Of a stretch of 64,000 nt of DNA, positions 28,401-39,274 are shown one piece after another. The notes below the pieces were generated by a model. That model was not told where the DNA came from. It was given only the letters and a program-made list of their open reading frames with translations, and searched no databases. This DNA comes from Camelus ferus (Eukaryota): assembly GCF_009834535.1 (NCBI RefSeq), contig NC_045722.1, positions 11,222,001 through 11,286,000 of the forward strand, read 5' to 3'. The position numbers and the translations under genes were made by a program. Each line of letters begins with the position of its first letter. Within the stretch, counting starts at the first letter, position 1.

Positions 28401-29831
28401 ACTGTGCTACCATCCAGGACCTATTACAGAGAAATAAAATATGGTTTCACATCCCCTGAGGTTCTCCTAAGTCCCCATCTTCACCCCAGCCGCAACCCTA
28501 CATTTCTATCTGCTGAATGTTACAAGCAGTACTTCCTACTAGCATCTTAACTTCACCCTATCCAAACCCAAACTAATCAACTTCCCTCACCAAACCCATT
28601 TCTCTTTCTAATTCTTTTTCTCACTTCCATTCAATGTTCATGCAACAAATATTTATTAAGCACATGCTAAGTGCCTGACTCTAAGCTGGGTACTCACTGG
28701 GTATACAATGTTGAACAAAACAGATATGTTCCGTGTCCTTAAGGACCTTCCAATCTAGTGGGGGAAATGGACATTAAACAAATGACTATATATGTAATCC
28801 TTACAATTGTGGTAACAGCACTGTTTTCCTATTAACCCAAGTTAAAAATCTCAAACTCAGCTTTGCTTCTCCCTTAATTTTTACAACCAATTAATAAATC
28901 TTTGAGTCTTCTTTCACCATGACTTAAAAATCCATCACTCCCTTTCATTTCCACTGCCACTAAGTTTGCATGGGCCTTTGTTATTACTTCAGTCTGATCT
29001 ATGGTCTCCTAACTGGCCTTCTTGTTGCCCATTTACCCAACTCCATGACAGCTATTAGAATTATCTTCAAGTATTGTTTCATGCCACAGATGGAAGAAAA
29101 AATCTTCAGTGGCTGCCTAATGCCTACAGTGTAACTTCTAATCGTTCTCTTCCCTGTTCCACATGCCTTGTCCTTCCCTGTTCCTCAGCTCTGCTCCTAC
29201 CAGTCCATCTGCCTGGAACATCCCCTCCCATCTCCAAGGAAAATATGGTTATCTTCAACTCCAGCTCCATAAAACTGCTAGATCACTCTAGCTAGAAATG
29301 ATTGTTTCAGGCACCCTAGCTATCACTCCCTTACCACTTACTCATGACACCCTGTGTGGGGTACTTTGTGTTTCATACATCCCACTGGAGTGTAAAATCC
29401 CTAAGGACAAAGATGTCTTAACTATCTTTCCATCCCCAGTGATGCCTGGCACTAGTGGTGTCTCCCTTGCCTGTATGGAAAAAAAAAGGGAGGGGGTGAT
29501 TTCCATTAATTCCCTGGTCAGGTTATCCCAGGCACCGGTTTTCCTCCAGCCACCGGTTTTTTTCCTTACTGCCACCGGTTTTCCTCCGGCTTCATTTTGG
29601 ACCTGCCACAGAAGCTCCAAGGACAATACCAAGGGCCAAGAGCAAGATCAAGGGAACTCAGGAAGAAAGAACTATTCATCCAGAGAGTGCAAAACTGCTG
29701 ATGCAGTGAAGGCCCCCGGCGTGGCGGGCACTGACCTGCTCCAGCAGATAGATGAGCTGGTCTCGAGCCAGCCTCTTGAGCATGGAGAAGTCAGGTAGCT
29801 CTGGGGCGTCCGGCCGATGGGGAAAAGCCAT
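13472..29831 (-). CDS. VPS33B: Vacuolar protein sorting-associated protein 33B (Sec1/Munc18 family), complete, 23 coding exons, 617 aa
   Basis: Exons: 29831-29736, 26957-26877, 26516-26455, 25337-25288, 25090-25023, 21659-21614, 20383-20289, 19988-19884, 19480-19384, 19160-19083, 18878-18805, 18504-18418, 18279-18189, 17974-17900, 17653-17589, 17450-17396, 16403-16357, 15776-15644, 15006-14933, 14424-14323, 14168-14093, 13958-13842, 13551-13472. Total 1854 nt, all GT-AG and phase-consistent, reading [26 protein letters not shown]...[13 protein letters not shown]. Confidence 0.98.
15270..15470 (+). mobile_element. MIR SINE
   Basis: Core ctttggagtcaaacc...gggttcaaatc...ctcagtttcctcatctgtaaaatggagataata...gaggattaaatgag. 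Confidence 0.85.
20453..20606 (+). mobile_element. Camelid tRNA-derived SINE in VPS33B intron 6
   Basis: Full-length copy flanked by the exact TSD aaggatggtccac (20440-20452 and 20605-20617). Confidence 0.92.
20620..21450 (-). mobile_element. LINE-2 fragments
   Basis: Antisense L2 3' end (gagtgcctgccacacgccaggtactgcactaagcac...; cattcattcac...ttaaatactgactg). Confidence 0.6.
23462..23645 (+). mobile_element. Camelid tRNA-derived SINE with duplicated 5' end and (GAA)n/(GAAA)n tail
   Basis: ggggagggtatagctcagtgatgggagggtatacc...; TSD taaatagctg. Confidence 0.85.
23815..23935 (-). mobile_element. MIR SINE
   Basis: ccattttatagatgagaaaactaagacacaga...aacttttccaagatcacacag. Confidence 0.75.
24595..24790 (+). 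mobile_element. LINE-1 extreme 3' end
   Basis: ttctgtatagtacagggaactctatt...gctgtacaccagacactgacacattataac...tcaatt followed by an A-rich tail. Confidence 0.8.
27741..27964 (+). mobile_element. MER20 (hAT-Charlie non-autonomous DNA transposon)
   Basis: cagtggttcccaaccaggg...ggggacatttg...gcatctagtgggtagagg..agggatgctgctaaacatcctacaatgcacaggaca...ggttgagaaatcttg; 8-bp TSD atgtaagg / atgtaggg. Confidence 0.88.
28600..29480. mobile_element. LINE-2 fragments (both orientations)
   Basis: ttcatgcaacaaatatttattaagcac...; ccactggagtgtaaaatccctaaggacaaagatg...ccccagtgatgcctggcac. Confidence 0.65.
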
Positions 29832-30620
29832 GGCAGCGGTCACCTCAGCCGCAGGGTGGAAGAAGTGGGGTGCCCTCCACTCTGAGAAGGCCAGCAGCGG
29901 CCCAGGGTAAGCGCAGGGTGGTTCTCCTTCAGGTCTGGCAGCTGACTTCGAAAGAGCCCCCGAAGGGGCCCTCGCTCCTCAGCCACACTCGAGGAATGAA
30001 TGGCCACCTCTCAGTCAGGCAGCCGCAGCCTCAGGGGACCTCGCCTCAGGCCTGCAGCCTCCGTGCCCCGTCCTGCCCCTCCCGGTCCACTCGGCTTGTC
30101 AGCGGGATTCGGGTCTGCACCCGCAGAAAAACCCGCCTCCAGCCAAAGAGAAAGGCGACTTCCTAGACCTCCCGGAAGTCCGTTACGCTCGCCCAGCGCT
30201 TAGCGTAAGGGGAAAGGGACGGCGTCCTGGAAGGGACATTTCAGAACGAGCGGCAACGCGTCATCGTTCCAGTCCCATACCTGGATAGCGGCGAGCGTTC
30301 CTTTCAAAAGAGGATTATGTCTTTAACTTTGAAGGGTACGCCAGTTCTCCTCCTGCCTCACTCAAGCAAGCGTTGGGCACTTGCTCGATTTTCAGAACTT
30401 CCTGAAATGGACGAAACCACCTCGGAGTCCGGAGGGCACCGAGCACTGGGGATCTTGGCTGTCAATCAAATCTACTTCACAAATTTAGCCTCCAGCCAGG
30501 AACTCTAGGGCTTCCGAACTGCGGCCGAACCTCAGGCGAGACGCATGAAGATGCGGGGCCGGTGTGAGGGGAGAGAAGAGGAACGCCTTAGGAGCCAATG
30601 GACGCGCAGTCCCGCCAGCT
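29832..30620 (-). promoter_or_regulatory. VPS33B 5' UTR and CpG-rich promoter
   Basis: CpG-rich tract upstream of the ATG at 29831; ETS/GABP-type CCGGAAGT at 30172-30179. Confidence 0.7.
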
Positions 30621-31035
30621 GTTACCTTTGGATACCGGAATTTTCACTCATTAATGCCCTTAGTGGGAAAATGAATAAATAAACTGTGGCGTGTTCATAC
30701 AGTAAAAATAACTGAATAGACGAAAGAAGCCAGACACGAGAGTGTCATGTATATGATGCCGTTTATAGCAGCTTCTTGAGCAAGAAAAACTTCAGAAAAG
30801 TGATTGACTTTGGGAATGAAAATTGGGAAGAAAATTAGTGAATTTTCAGGAGTGATGGTAATGATCTATATCTACCTTGTTGGGGAAAAGATCTTGTAAG
30901 AGATATTATAATGGACAGATCTGGCTGACATATCTGAACTCATTAATCAGTGGTAACATCACATCATCGTCTCCTGGTGAGATGCATAGGAAATACACAG
31001 CATCACCCATTGCCGAGAGCTAAACATGATCAAAC

Positions 31036-31632
31036 CTCGAGATCTTGGATGGACCTGGAAATCGTCATTCTAAGCGAAGTAAGCCAGAAAGAGAAAGGAA
31101 AATACCATATGATATCACTCATACGTGGAATCAAAAAAAGAAAAGAAAGAAAGAAAGACAAATGAACTTATTTGCAAAACAGAAACAGACTCACAGACAT
31201 AAAAAACAAATTTATGGTTACCAGTGGGGGAGGGGGTGGGAAGGGATAAATTGGGAGTTCAAGATTTGCAGATACTGACTACTATATATAAAATATGTAT
31301 ACAAGTTTCTTCTGTATAGTACAGGGAACTATATTTGATATATTGTTATAACCTGTAATGAAAGAGTATGAAAATGAATATATGTATGTATATGTATGAC
31401 TGAAATGTGCTGTACACCAGAAATGGACACAACATTGTAAACTGACTATATTTCAATTAAAAAAAAAAACCTAACTACTAGTTCATAGGAAATACAGGGA
31501 ATAGTTAGAATATGATAAAATACACCATGAATATATGTATGTTCATGTATAACTGGAAAATTGTGCTCTACACTGTAATTTGACACAACATTGTAAAATG
31601 ACTATTACTCAATAAAAAAAGTTAAAAAAAAA
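31036..31632 (+). mobile_element. Two LINE-1 3' ends in tandem
   Basis: ORF2 tail WMDLEIVILSEVSQKEKGKYHMISLI, 3' UTR and polyA to about 31470; a second short 3' end 31527-31632 with its own polyA. Confidence 0.85.
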
Positions 31633-32278
31633 ACTGTAAGGATAAAATCAACCATATCCAAAATGCAGAAAATTATATGGGTCAAATGATCTGTCAAATG
31701 ACAAGGAGAAGAAAGTGGAAGGGTAAACCACTTTAGAATAAAAGAGACTTCTGGGCCATAATGACATGATGCATTGTCTGGATCCCAATTCAAAGAAATT
31801 AACCAGAATACTATGAGGATATTAGCTGATTAGCTGATATTAAAGAATTACTAAAAATTTCAAGGTGTAGTAATGGCTTATATGCCTATGTTAAAAAGCA
31901 GTCCTTATCTCTTTGAGACACATACTGAAGTACTTACCAGTTAAATAATATGATGTCTGGCTTTGCCTTACAATAAGCCAGGGGGAGATGTGGGGCAAGT
32001 ATGCAGGATAATGAAAAAAGATGGGCCATTTGTTAAATGTTAAAGCTGGGTGATGGGTACACAGGGGTTCATTGCATTACAATATTCTACTTTTGAATGT
32101 TTGAAAATTTCTGTAATAGATTAAGCAAAAAACAAACAAAGCTCTTATGCTCACACTAGGGTTCAAGAGCTCATCTGGTATTTTTTACTAAGCTTCCCCC
32201 TACCCACCCCTCCTTAGCTTGAATCTCAGCTGCACAGAGAGGTAGAAGTGGCCCTTTGCAGATAAGTGACATATGTAC

Positions 32279-32690
32279 CCTCAAGGGTGGAGGGACTTAA
32301 ATCCCTTCTGTTATAGTTTGCAGCCTCTAGAGCTTGGCCCCAGGATTGCTGAGGTGCCCATTCCACCCAGTCACTTTCTCTCCAACTTGGGCACAGTCTT
32401 GTCCAATGTTGCCTTGTCATCTGTTGCGTCCTCCATCAGATGCTTCACCTGTGTCCCCAAAGTGCAGCTCCACCTCATCCAGTGTGGTGTCAAAGTCCTT
32501 CATCATGTCCTAAAACAGGACTGCCTGGGGACAGAGCACTATGGGGTCCTAAGACCCTGGCCCAGTGGAACACAGGCTGAATGATTCCCTCCCCCTTTCC
32601 AGCCTCCCAGCTTGGGCTGGGGCTGTGGGGGTGGGAGTGGGGACAGTTCCCCAGAACACCTCAGTGCTGGTGGATTAGGATCTGAGACAC
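32279..32690 (-). pseudogene. HDDC3: Unprocessed HDDC3 (MESH1)-like pseudogene fragment (exon 2 and exon 3 relics)
   Basis: 32524-32279 has acceptor ctctgtccccag and donor G|gtac and reads [22 protein letters not shown][frameshift]QVKHLMEDATDDK(ATLDK)TVPKLERK*...APQQSWG...YNRRDLSPSTLEG, versus HDDC3 [45 protein letters not shown]...YNLRDLNRCTPEG. 32690-32661 reads VSQILIHQH*, versus VARILTHE. Stops and frameshifts make it non-functional. Confidence 0.85.
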
Positions 32691-34250
32691 AGTGACAGGA
32701 CAGGACAGAACAAGAACAGGTCGACCTACAGGAAGCTTAGGCCTTGCTGGCTGAGTTCTGGATGTGTAGGCTGGCAAATGTAAAATGCACAGCTTTCTGC
32801 CATTGTGGACCAGCTGATAGGTATCAAGTTCCCTATTCATTTCTTCATTCACCCAACCAATATTGAAATCTATGTTGAGAGCTGGAACTACAGCAATGAA
32901 CACAGACAGGTCTCCTGCACTCATGGGATCTACCTTGTAATGCGGGAAAGGTGGGTGATGACAAATAATACAGTCGTAATATATTTCAAATACTGGGGAA
33001 AATTAAACAAGGTGTGGTGATAGAACATGAAGGGAGCTGGGTGATTAGGGAAGGCCTAAGAAAGCAACATTGACCTGAGACCTGAATGACAAGAACCGAG
33101 GAGCAAGCCAAGTGAAAATCTGGGGACAAAGAATTAGTAAATGCAAAAGCCTTAAAAGACCAGTATTTGCAAGAATGGAAAAAAAGATTTAAGCTTAGTG
33201 AGCATTAGAATGGTATGGGATGAGACAAATGGAAAACATATCCAAGCTTGCAATAAAAGCTTCTAATTTTCCATAGCCCCCTGGGGAAAGGGCACAATTT
33301 GCAGGAGTCATAAATGGAAGTTTAAACAAATAGCATCTTGCTCCTCCGAAATGCCTATAAGTTTCTAATGGCAAAATACCATTTTTTTAAAATCATAAAA
33401 ATACTGATAAACGTTTGTTACATGATAGTGACAGAGCAGGGATAACAAGGTCCTATCTGTCCACTGCTGTTACCAGAATGTGGATTTTCTAACTTTGATT
33501 GGCATATGATAGGGCCTTGCCATTTTTACTGAACACTCAAGTTAACAGTAATCAGTGATGTTGCAATTGCTATTAATAGCATTTGAAATAGCAGTGAGAT
33601 ACATGAACAGACTGGGAATGACAGGGTTGGAATATCAATGTTTTCATTAAATATCCTTCATATATTCAAATTCTGAGCCATTTTTTGTTGGTAAATTGTT
33701 AAAGTGAGACATCGTTGAAAACTGTCATTGGACTCTTATGTTGCTTGCCATGTCTCATTCTATTGGTCCATTGATAATCGCTTTCCAGTGTTAAGTATTT
33801 CTAAAACAATCAGTAAATTAACAGAAATTATGCCAGGCAGTGCTAGATTTCTGGAATTTTAAAAGCCTTGAATTAAGAATCAGACCTGACACGACATTGT
33901 AAACTGACTATAACTCAATTAAAAAAAAAAAAAGAGAGAATCAGAACTGAGTTCAAGTCCCGCAGTCTCAGTGCTGTCACTCACTTGCAGCTGTGTGGTC
34001 TTGGGCATATCCAAAAACCTGAGACCAGCTCCTTATTTGTAAAAGGGGGCCTAGCAGCTGTTCTTGTGCAAATCACAATACCTTTGTAAAAATCTGATAA
34101 AAACTGTAAGATACTTAACCTTTTAGAAGTGGCTAGAGATTATGTTGAGAGCCCTTAAGTCTTTGCTTGTTTTGCATATTTTTCTTTTGTTTTGTCAAAC
34201 CCCCATACCCCAATCTCTTTCAGAGCCCTAGCAACTAAAAGAGGAGCTAC

Positions 34251-34339
34251 TTTTTTTAATGAAGTACTGGGGATTGAACCCAAGATCATGTGCATGCTAA
34301 CTAAGCATGTGCTCTACCACTGAGCTATACCCACCTCCT
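34251..34339 (-). mobile_element. Camelid tRNA-derived SINE
   Basis: gtactgggattgaacccaagatcatgtgcatgc...ctctaccactgagctataccc. Confidence 0.85.
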
Positions 34340-34424
34340 CAGAGTAGCCACTTTAGATTGGGTGTTTAGGGAAGGCCTAATATCCAGTTTTTAGCTGTCA
34401 AAATCCATCACTGAGCCTGCTGTA

Positions 34425-34560
34425 TAATATAGAACAGGGAATTATATTCAGTATCTTATAATAACCTATAATGGAAAAGAATCTGAAAAAGAATAGATTT
34501 ATATATAACTGCATCATTTTGCTGTACACCTGAAACATTAAAAATCAACTCTACTTCAGC
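34425..34560 (+). mobile_element. LINE-1 extreme 3' end
   Basis: tatagaacagggaattatattcagtatcttataataacctataatggaaaagaatctg...gctgtacacctgaaac. Confidence 0.8.
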
Positions 34561-34754
34561 TTTTTTTTTTTAATAGAAAAAAAAATCCATCACTGAGTAG
34601 GACTGATCTGCACAGAGCTCTTTGTTGGGGGTTCCTCTAGCCCCATCTCTCTCCCAATATTTAGACAAGGGACCCTTTGCCTCTTCCCTTCCCTTCACAG
34701 GGAAACCCTCCCAAACCCAGAAAGCACCAATCAACACAGACTGCTACATTTTAC

Positions 34755-34760
34755 TTTATT
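34755..34760 (-). terminator. NGRN polyadenylation signal (AATAAA)
   Basis: TTTATT on plus, about 470 nt downstream of the NGRN stop. Confidence 0.6.
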
Positions 34761-35231
34761 TCGCACATAATGAAATCAACCAATGGACTAAGCAGTTCCA
34801 GAACTGTTAAAAGAGTTCATTAATCAAAAAGTAAATGAGGTGAAAACGCAAATTTTTCATTTCCTCCCAAACATATACTGAAAGTATCACAAAAACTCCT
34901 AACAACACATGCAACACAACACAGGCTGGTTTCAACAAAGAGCCCAGGAAAGAAGGGTAAATCCTGAAGATCCACACAGGTCAGACTAGGAGCAGTGATC
35001 CAGGAGGCTGGAATCCACCCAGCCAGTCACTCACCCTTCTTCCATACATATCTGCTCTGTGAAGTTCTCTCCCCTTTGTCAGGTTCAGATCTAAGCAGCT
35101 TTCATCTCACATTCCAGGCTCATCATTTCCCCCCATTCCAAGGTGGATAATCCATCCACAGAAATCCAGGCAGATCCAAATACACTTGCTCAGCTGTGTT
35201 TCGAGAAGCATCACCACAAGCCAGGTTCCGC

Positions 35232-38200
35232 TCAAATTCTGTACAGGAAGTTCCCATTGCTGTCAAAGAACTCTCGCCCCCTTTGTACTACTTTGTTGCT
35301 AAAGTTCTGGTCATCTGGCTCCCCTGCCTTCAACTCTTCCAGCTTCTTGTCACTCGGCCATCCATCACAGTCAGTTGCCCTGGTGCCCTCACAATCATTG
35401 GTGGAGTACTTCTGCAGCTCTCTCAGATGACCTAGGGCTTCAGTAACAGGCATGAAGCTCTCCTCCTCCAGGCCCTGGATTCCTTTATTCCTTCCCTTCT
35501 GTCTCCTTGGTGTATTTGTACTGTGAGTGTTCGATTTGATCACTCTCAATGCTGTGATGTGAACATGGCCTTTGGATGAGACTTCATCCCCCGGCATCAG
35601 CAAAGAGCCTGATACAGAATGGCCTGCAGAAAGTGGTTTCAAGGTAACCCCAGAGCCTGGGAGCTGCCGGAGCGAGGGGGCAAGCCTAACTTTCTTAAGG
35701 ACTTTTTGATCCTGCTTCAGTTTTTGTTCCAATGTGGGTACAAACTTGCTTTTTAAAACCCTTCTAATCACATCGGTGCTGACCTCAAAGCCTTCAGCCA
35801 ATCTTGGAACTGACCAGGACTCTGCAAATTCCTTATGTAAATACCTAAGAAAAAAAGAAACAGGTTTTCAATCTGTGAAGTCTCCTATCAAGATAGTTAA
35901 CTGATAATACTAGCAATAAATACATGGAAAGAGGGCTTGGAAAAACTGCAAACATAGTCTCTATTTTGTGCTACTAAATGGCTGTGTTCCATTTCTGTGC
36001 ACTGACAATACTCAGCCACTCAAGTAACTTTATTTCATATCAGCTGACCACCTTCCACTGCATACCAGGCCCCAGTTAAAACCTGGGGATGCATGAAGAC
36101 TGTCCTTCTCTTCAAAGAACATACAATCTGGTGGTGGAGACAGGTAAGAACACTATGACAAGTGTCACAGCAGAGGATGCTGTGAGAGCACTCAGAGACC
36201 CAGGGACAGGCTATCACAACACTTGCAGTGTGGCCCAGGAATTGCTTCAGGAAGTCTGTGCTAGAGCTGGTCTGAAAGGCTGAGCCTTAATAAGCTGGCA
36301 GAGGGGAGTGGGGAGGAAGAAGAGCAAAGGTAATAATGGCAGAGTGAGAAGCATGTGAAATACAAAATGTACATCACCTTTGTTGGGAACAGCTCAACTT
36401 GTGTGACAGTGTGAGAAGGAGCAAGATTGTATCATGCTTAGTGATTCTGGAGTTTATCCCAAAGCAACAGTGAAGAAAGGATTTTAAGTGGCAGAATGCC
36501 ATGAGCAAATTTTCCTATTGAGGCTCAGTTCAGTGGTGTTGAAATGGAGGCAGTCATCAATTAGGTAGGGATCTGACCTAGAGAACCCAGAGGATTGGTT
36601 CTAGACTAGTGAAGAGCTACCACTTCCCCTGAGATGTGAATAAAGTGTAAGGTAATGGGAATGGAAGGTAAGGAGGAAGACCAAGAAACTTTAAATGGTT
36701 CTTACCTAACGGTCTGTTTTTTTTTCTTTGTCATAAAATGATATTTATATTGATCACAAAAGGGGAGGTGATAAGTAGGAAGATGTAAGCGTTGAAAAAG
36801 CTGGTATCCAAGACAGGAGAGGAAGCTGACAGGACAAAGGTGCTACAGCCTCATAAAATCTTGATCAGCTCTCAGAATCCCCTTTACTCTAAGTCTCAAT
36901 TCCAGAGTCATTCTAATGGGAATGGAAAAATGGTACATGACCTATGGAGGGCTACTTAGCAATATTTATCAAATGGCAAATCCATTTGCTCTTAGATTCA
37001 GCAACCCTACTTCTGGAAATGTACAAAGACTTCTGACAGATATGTGAAATGCTGTGTATACAAAGTTATGCACTAGAGCACTACTTGTTACAGCACGTGG
37101 GTGGAAACAACCCAAGTGTCCACCATAAAAGACTGGTAAAATAAACTACAGTTTACTGTGCATCTACAAAAAAGAATGAGGAGCTCTCTCGGGAAGTGTA
37201 AAAATATGTTAAGTAAACAAAGTGCAGAACAGCATAGTATTACACTGTTTGTGATCAAGGAAGTGAAAATAAAATTCTATATTCATACTTGCTTGTTTGT
37301 ATTTGCATAAGGAAACCTAGAAAATGACACAGAAAACTTTATTTAAAATAGTCTCCAGAGGAGACTGGGTGGGATTAATACTTCTTAATACATGTCATGT
37401 TATACTGTTCTAATTTTGAGCCATATGTAATATATTACCTATTCAAAACAAAAAACTTCACATTTAAAAAAGGATCTCTTTTCTAATATATGGATCCTCC
37501 CTTCAGAGAAATGAAACCATGGAAGCTCCATCCCTGGAACTTAGTCAAGAACGTCATGATCTACTTTAAAGGAGTTAAATGTTGTGACGCCTGCAATTTA
37601 CTATTTAAAAATTTCAGCAAAAATGAACCATGTCAGAAAGTTAAAAACTATTAAACCTAGATGAGGGTCTTAGTGAAGTTCGTTTTATTTCACTTTTCTG
37701 TTAGAAATCTTAAATACTAAAAAGTAAAAGATATAAAAACAGCGTTTTAGGCCCCAATATCATTCACTTCTCATCACAGCAGATCCGAACTACCAAGAGT
37801 CTTACCGGATCTGCTCCATGGCTTCCCACGTCAGGGTCCTGGGCGGGGCACCTGGCACCTCCATTTGCCTTCGAATTTTCTGGAACCGGATGGCTTTTTT
37901 CTGTCGTTTCAGGGCTCTAGGGGAGAGAACCAATGGCAGCAGCCATGCGTGGAAGCTAGATGGGTAGTTTAAGAGCCTTGGGCTAAACACAGGGCGCCCA
38001 ACCCGCATCTCTTTGCAAGGGCAACCTGGCCATATAAGCCAGCCCAGATTTGCTCAGTACACCGCCCCGTAAGTCTAACACCTAGAACAACAGCAGTCCA
38101 CAAGCTGCTGCCGAATTCTCTAAGCGGGCGATGAAATACGTCACTGGTGAAGGGACCCGTGGTCCCAAGGGAGCTAACACTCTGCGCCCCTGACAACGGG

Positions 38201-38484
38201 TGAGAAATAAGGGCCGCTGCGGACGCCACGGCAGAACGCCTATGGGCCAAGAGGGCGAGGCCTGGGGCGCCGGGGTACGAGGCCTTGTTTCAGGCTGAGG
38301 GCCCGGGAAGGAGCTGGTACCTCTCCACCTCCTGCAGCTCCCGCTCCTCCGGCTCCCAGTCAGAATCGGGGTCCGGCTCGCGGCCGATAGAGCCTGGGCT
38401 CGCCACCCCTCGGGTCGCGAACCCACAGCGAGCGACCGCTGCACGTACACGCCCGCCCAGCAAGAGGTTCAGAGCAACAGCCAT
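35232..38484 (-). CDS. NGRN: Neugrin (mitochondrial 16S rRNA module / mitoribosome factor), 3 exons, 295 aa
   Basis: Exons 38484-38321 (MAVALNLLLGGRVRAAVARCGFATRG...EPDPDSDWEPEERELQEVE), 37916-37806 (RALKRQKKAIRFQKIRRQME...TWEAMEQIR) and 35844-35232 (YLHKEFAESWSVPRLAEGFEVSTDVIRRVLKSKF...REFFDSNGNFLYRI*). Total 888 nt, GT-AG. Confidence 0.97.
36900..37720 (+). mobile_element. Old LINE-1 (L1ME-type) fragments in NGRN intron 2
   Basis: ggaaacaacccaagtgtccacc...gactggtaaaataaactacag and similar degenerate L1 3' text. Confidence 0.55.
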
Positions 38485-38950
38485 GTCGACAAAAACAGCC
38501 CTCAATAACCCAAAACGCTTCAGCACCGGAAGCCAGGAGCGGAACCGGAAGTAACGGGGGCAGGCAGGAAGCTGGGTTGATTGCGCCTCCTTCCCGCTTC
38601 CGGCTGAGGGCGTGACTTCAGAGCTTGAACCGTTCCAAGGCCCACCCTTCCTGACTGTAATTATGGAGGAGACTTCCCTGCCATTCGCGGGCGGGAATGA
38701 GGTAGAGGACACGCCTGCAAAACGGCATGAACTTTAATAAAAAGATGGGTTCAGTTGCCAAAAGCCGCCCCTCTGCCCCAACGGCTGCCCAGGCCGGCCT
38801 GTCTCCGCCACGGCGGCGGGAAGGGCGTCTTCTTGGCGGTCCACTGATGGCGACAGTCCCGTGCCGTGGGGACTCGGCTCCTCTGGGAAAGGGGCTTCTT
38901 GTCTCCCAGATAACCTCCCGTCCCGGGCCTCACCCAGGGGTCAGACCCAT
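38200..38950 (-). promoter_or_regulatory. NGRN CpG-island promoter with clustered ETS/GABP motifs
   Basis: CpG-rich; CCGGAAG and CGGAACCGGAAGT motifs at about 38525-38555 and CTTCCGG near 38597, just upstream of the ATG. Confidence 0.7.
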
Positions 38951-39274
38951 CATCTAGTGGTAAATCCAGGCTGAGGTTTGAAGGTTAGAGATGAGCACAT
39001 CGCCCTGGCTTCTCTTCATCTTATAGTCTTTACTGATCCGGAAATAATCTTATGGAATTGAGGAATTATGGGCGTCTTTGTGTTTTGCCTTATGCAAATA
39101 GGGTTCCTGGCCAGGGCTTTTCAAACTGAAGTTTGGTGGCGGTCTGAGTTAGCAAAGATTGAAGACCCTTTGCCCCTTTGGAAACCTGAAGGGGGCTCTC
39201 CAGGAGAGCCTGAGTGCTGGGCTTCCTTCCTGCATTTACCTGTGGTGCCTGCTGTCCAGGAGTGCAGGGTTGTG

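Noticed and set aside
33330-33870. Possible hAT transposase fossil
   Set aside because: Only a vague resemblance; no TIRs, TSD or convincing motif that I can support.
38485-38712. 76-codon in-frame upstream extension of NGRN
   Set aside because: It starts at GTG and crosses the ETS-rich probable TSS region; most likely chance in a CpG island.
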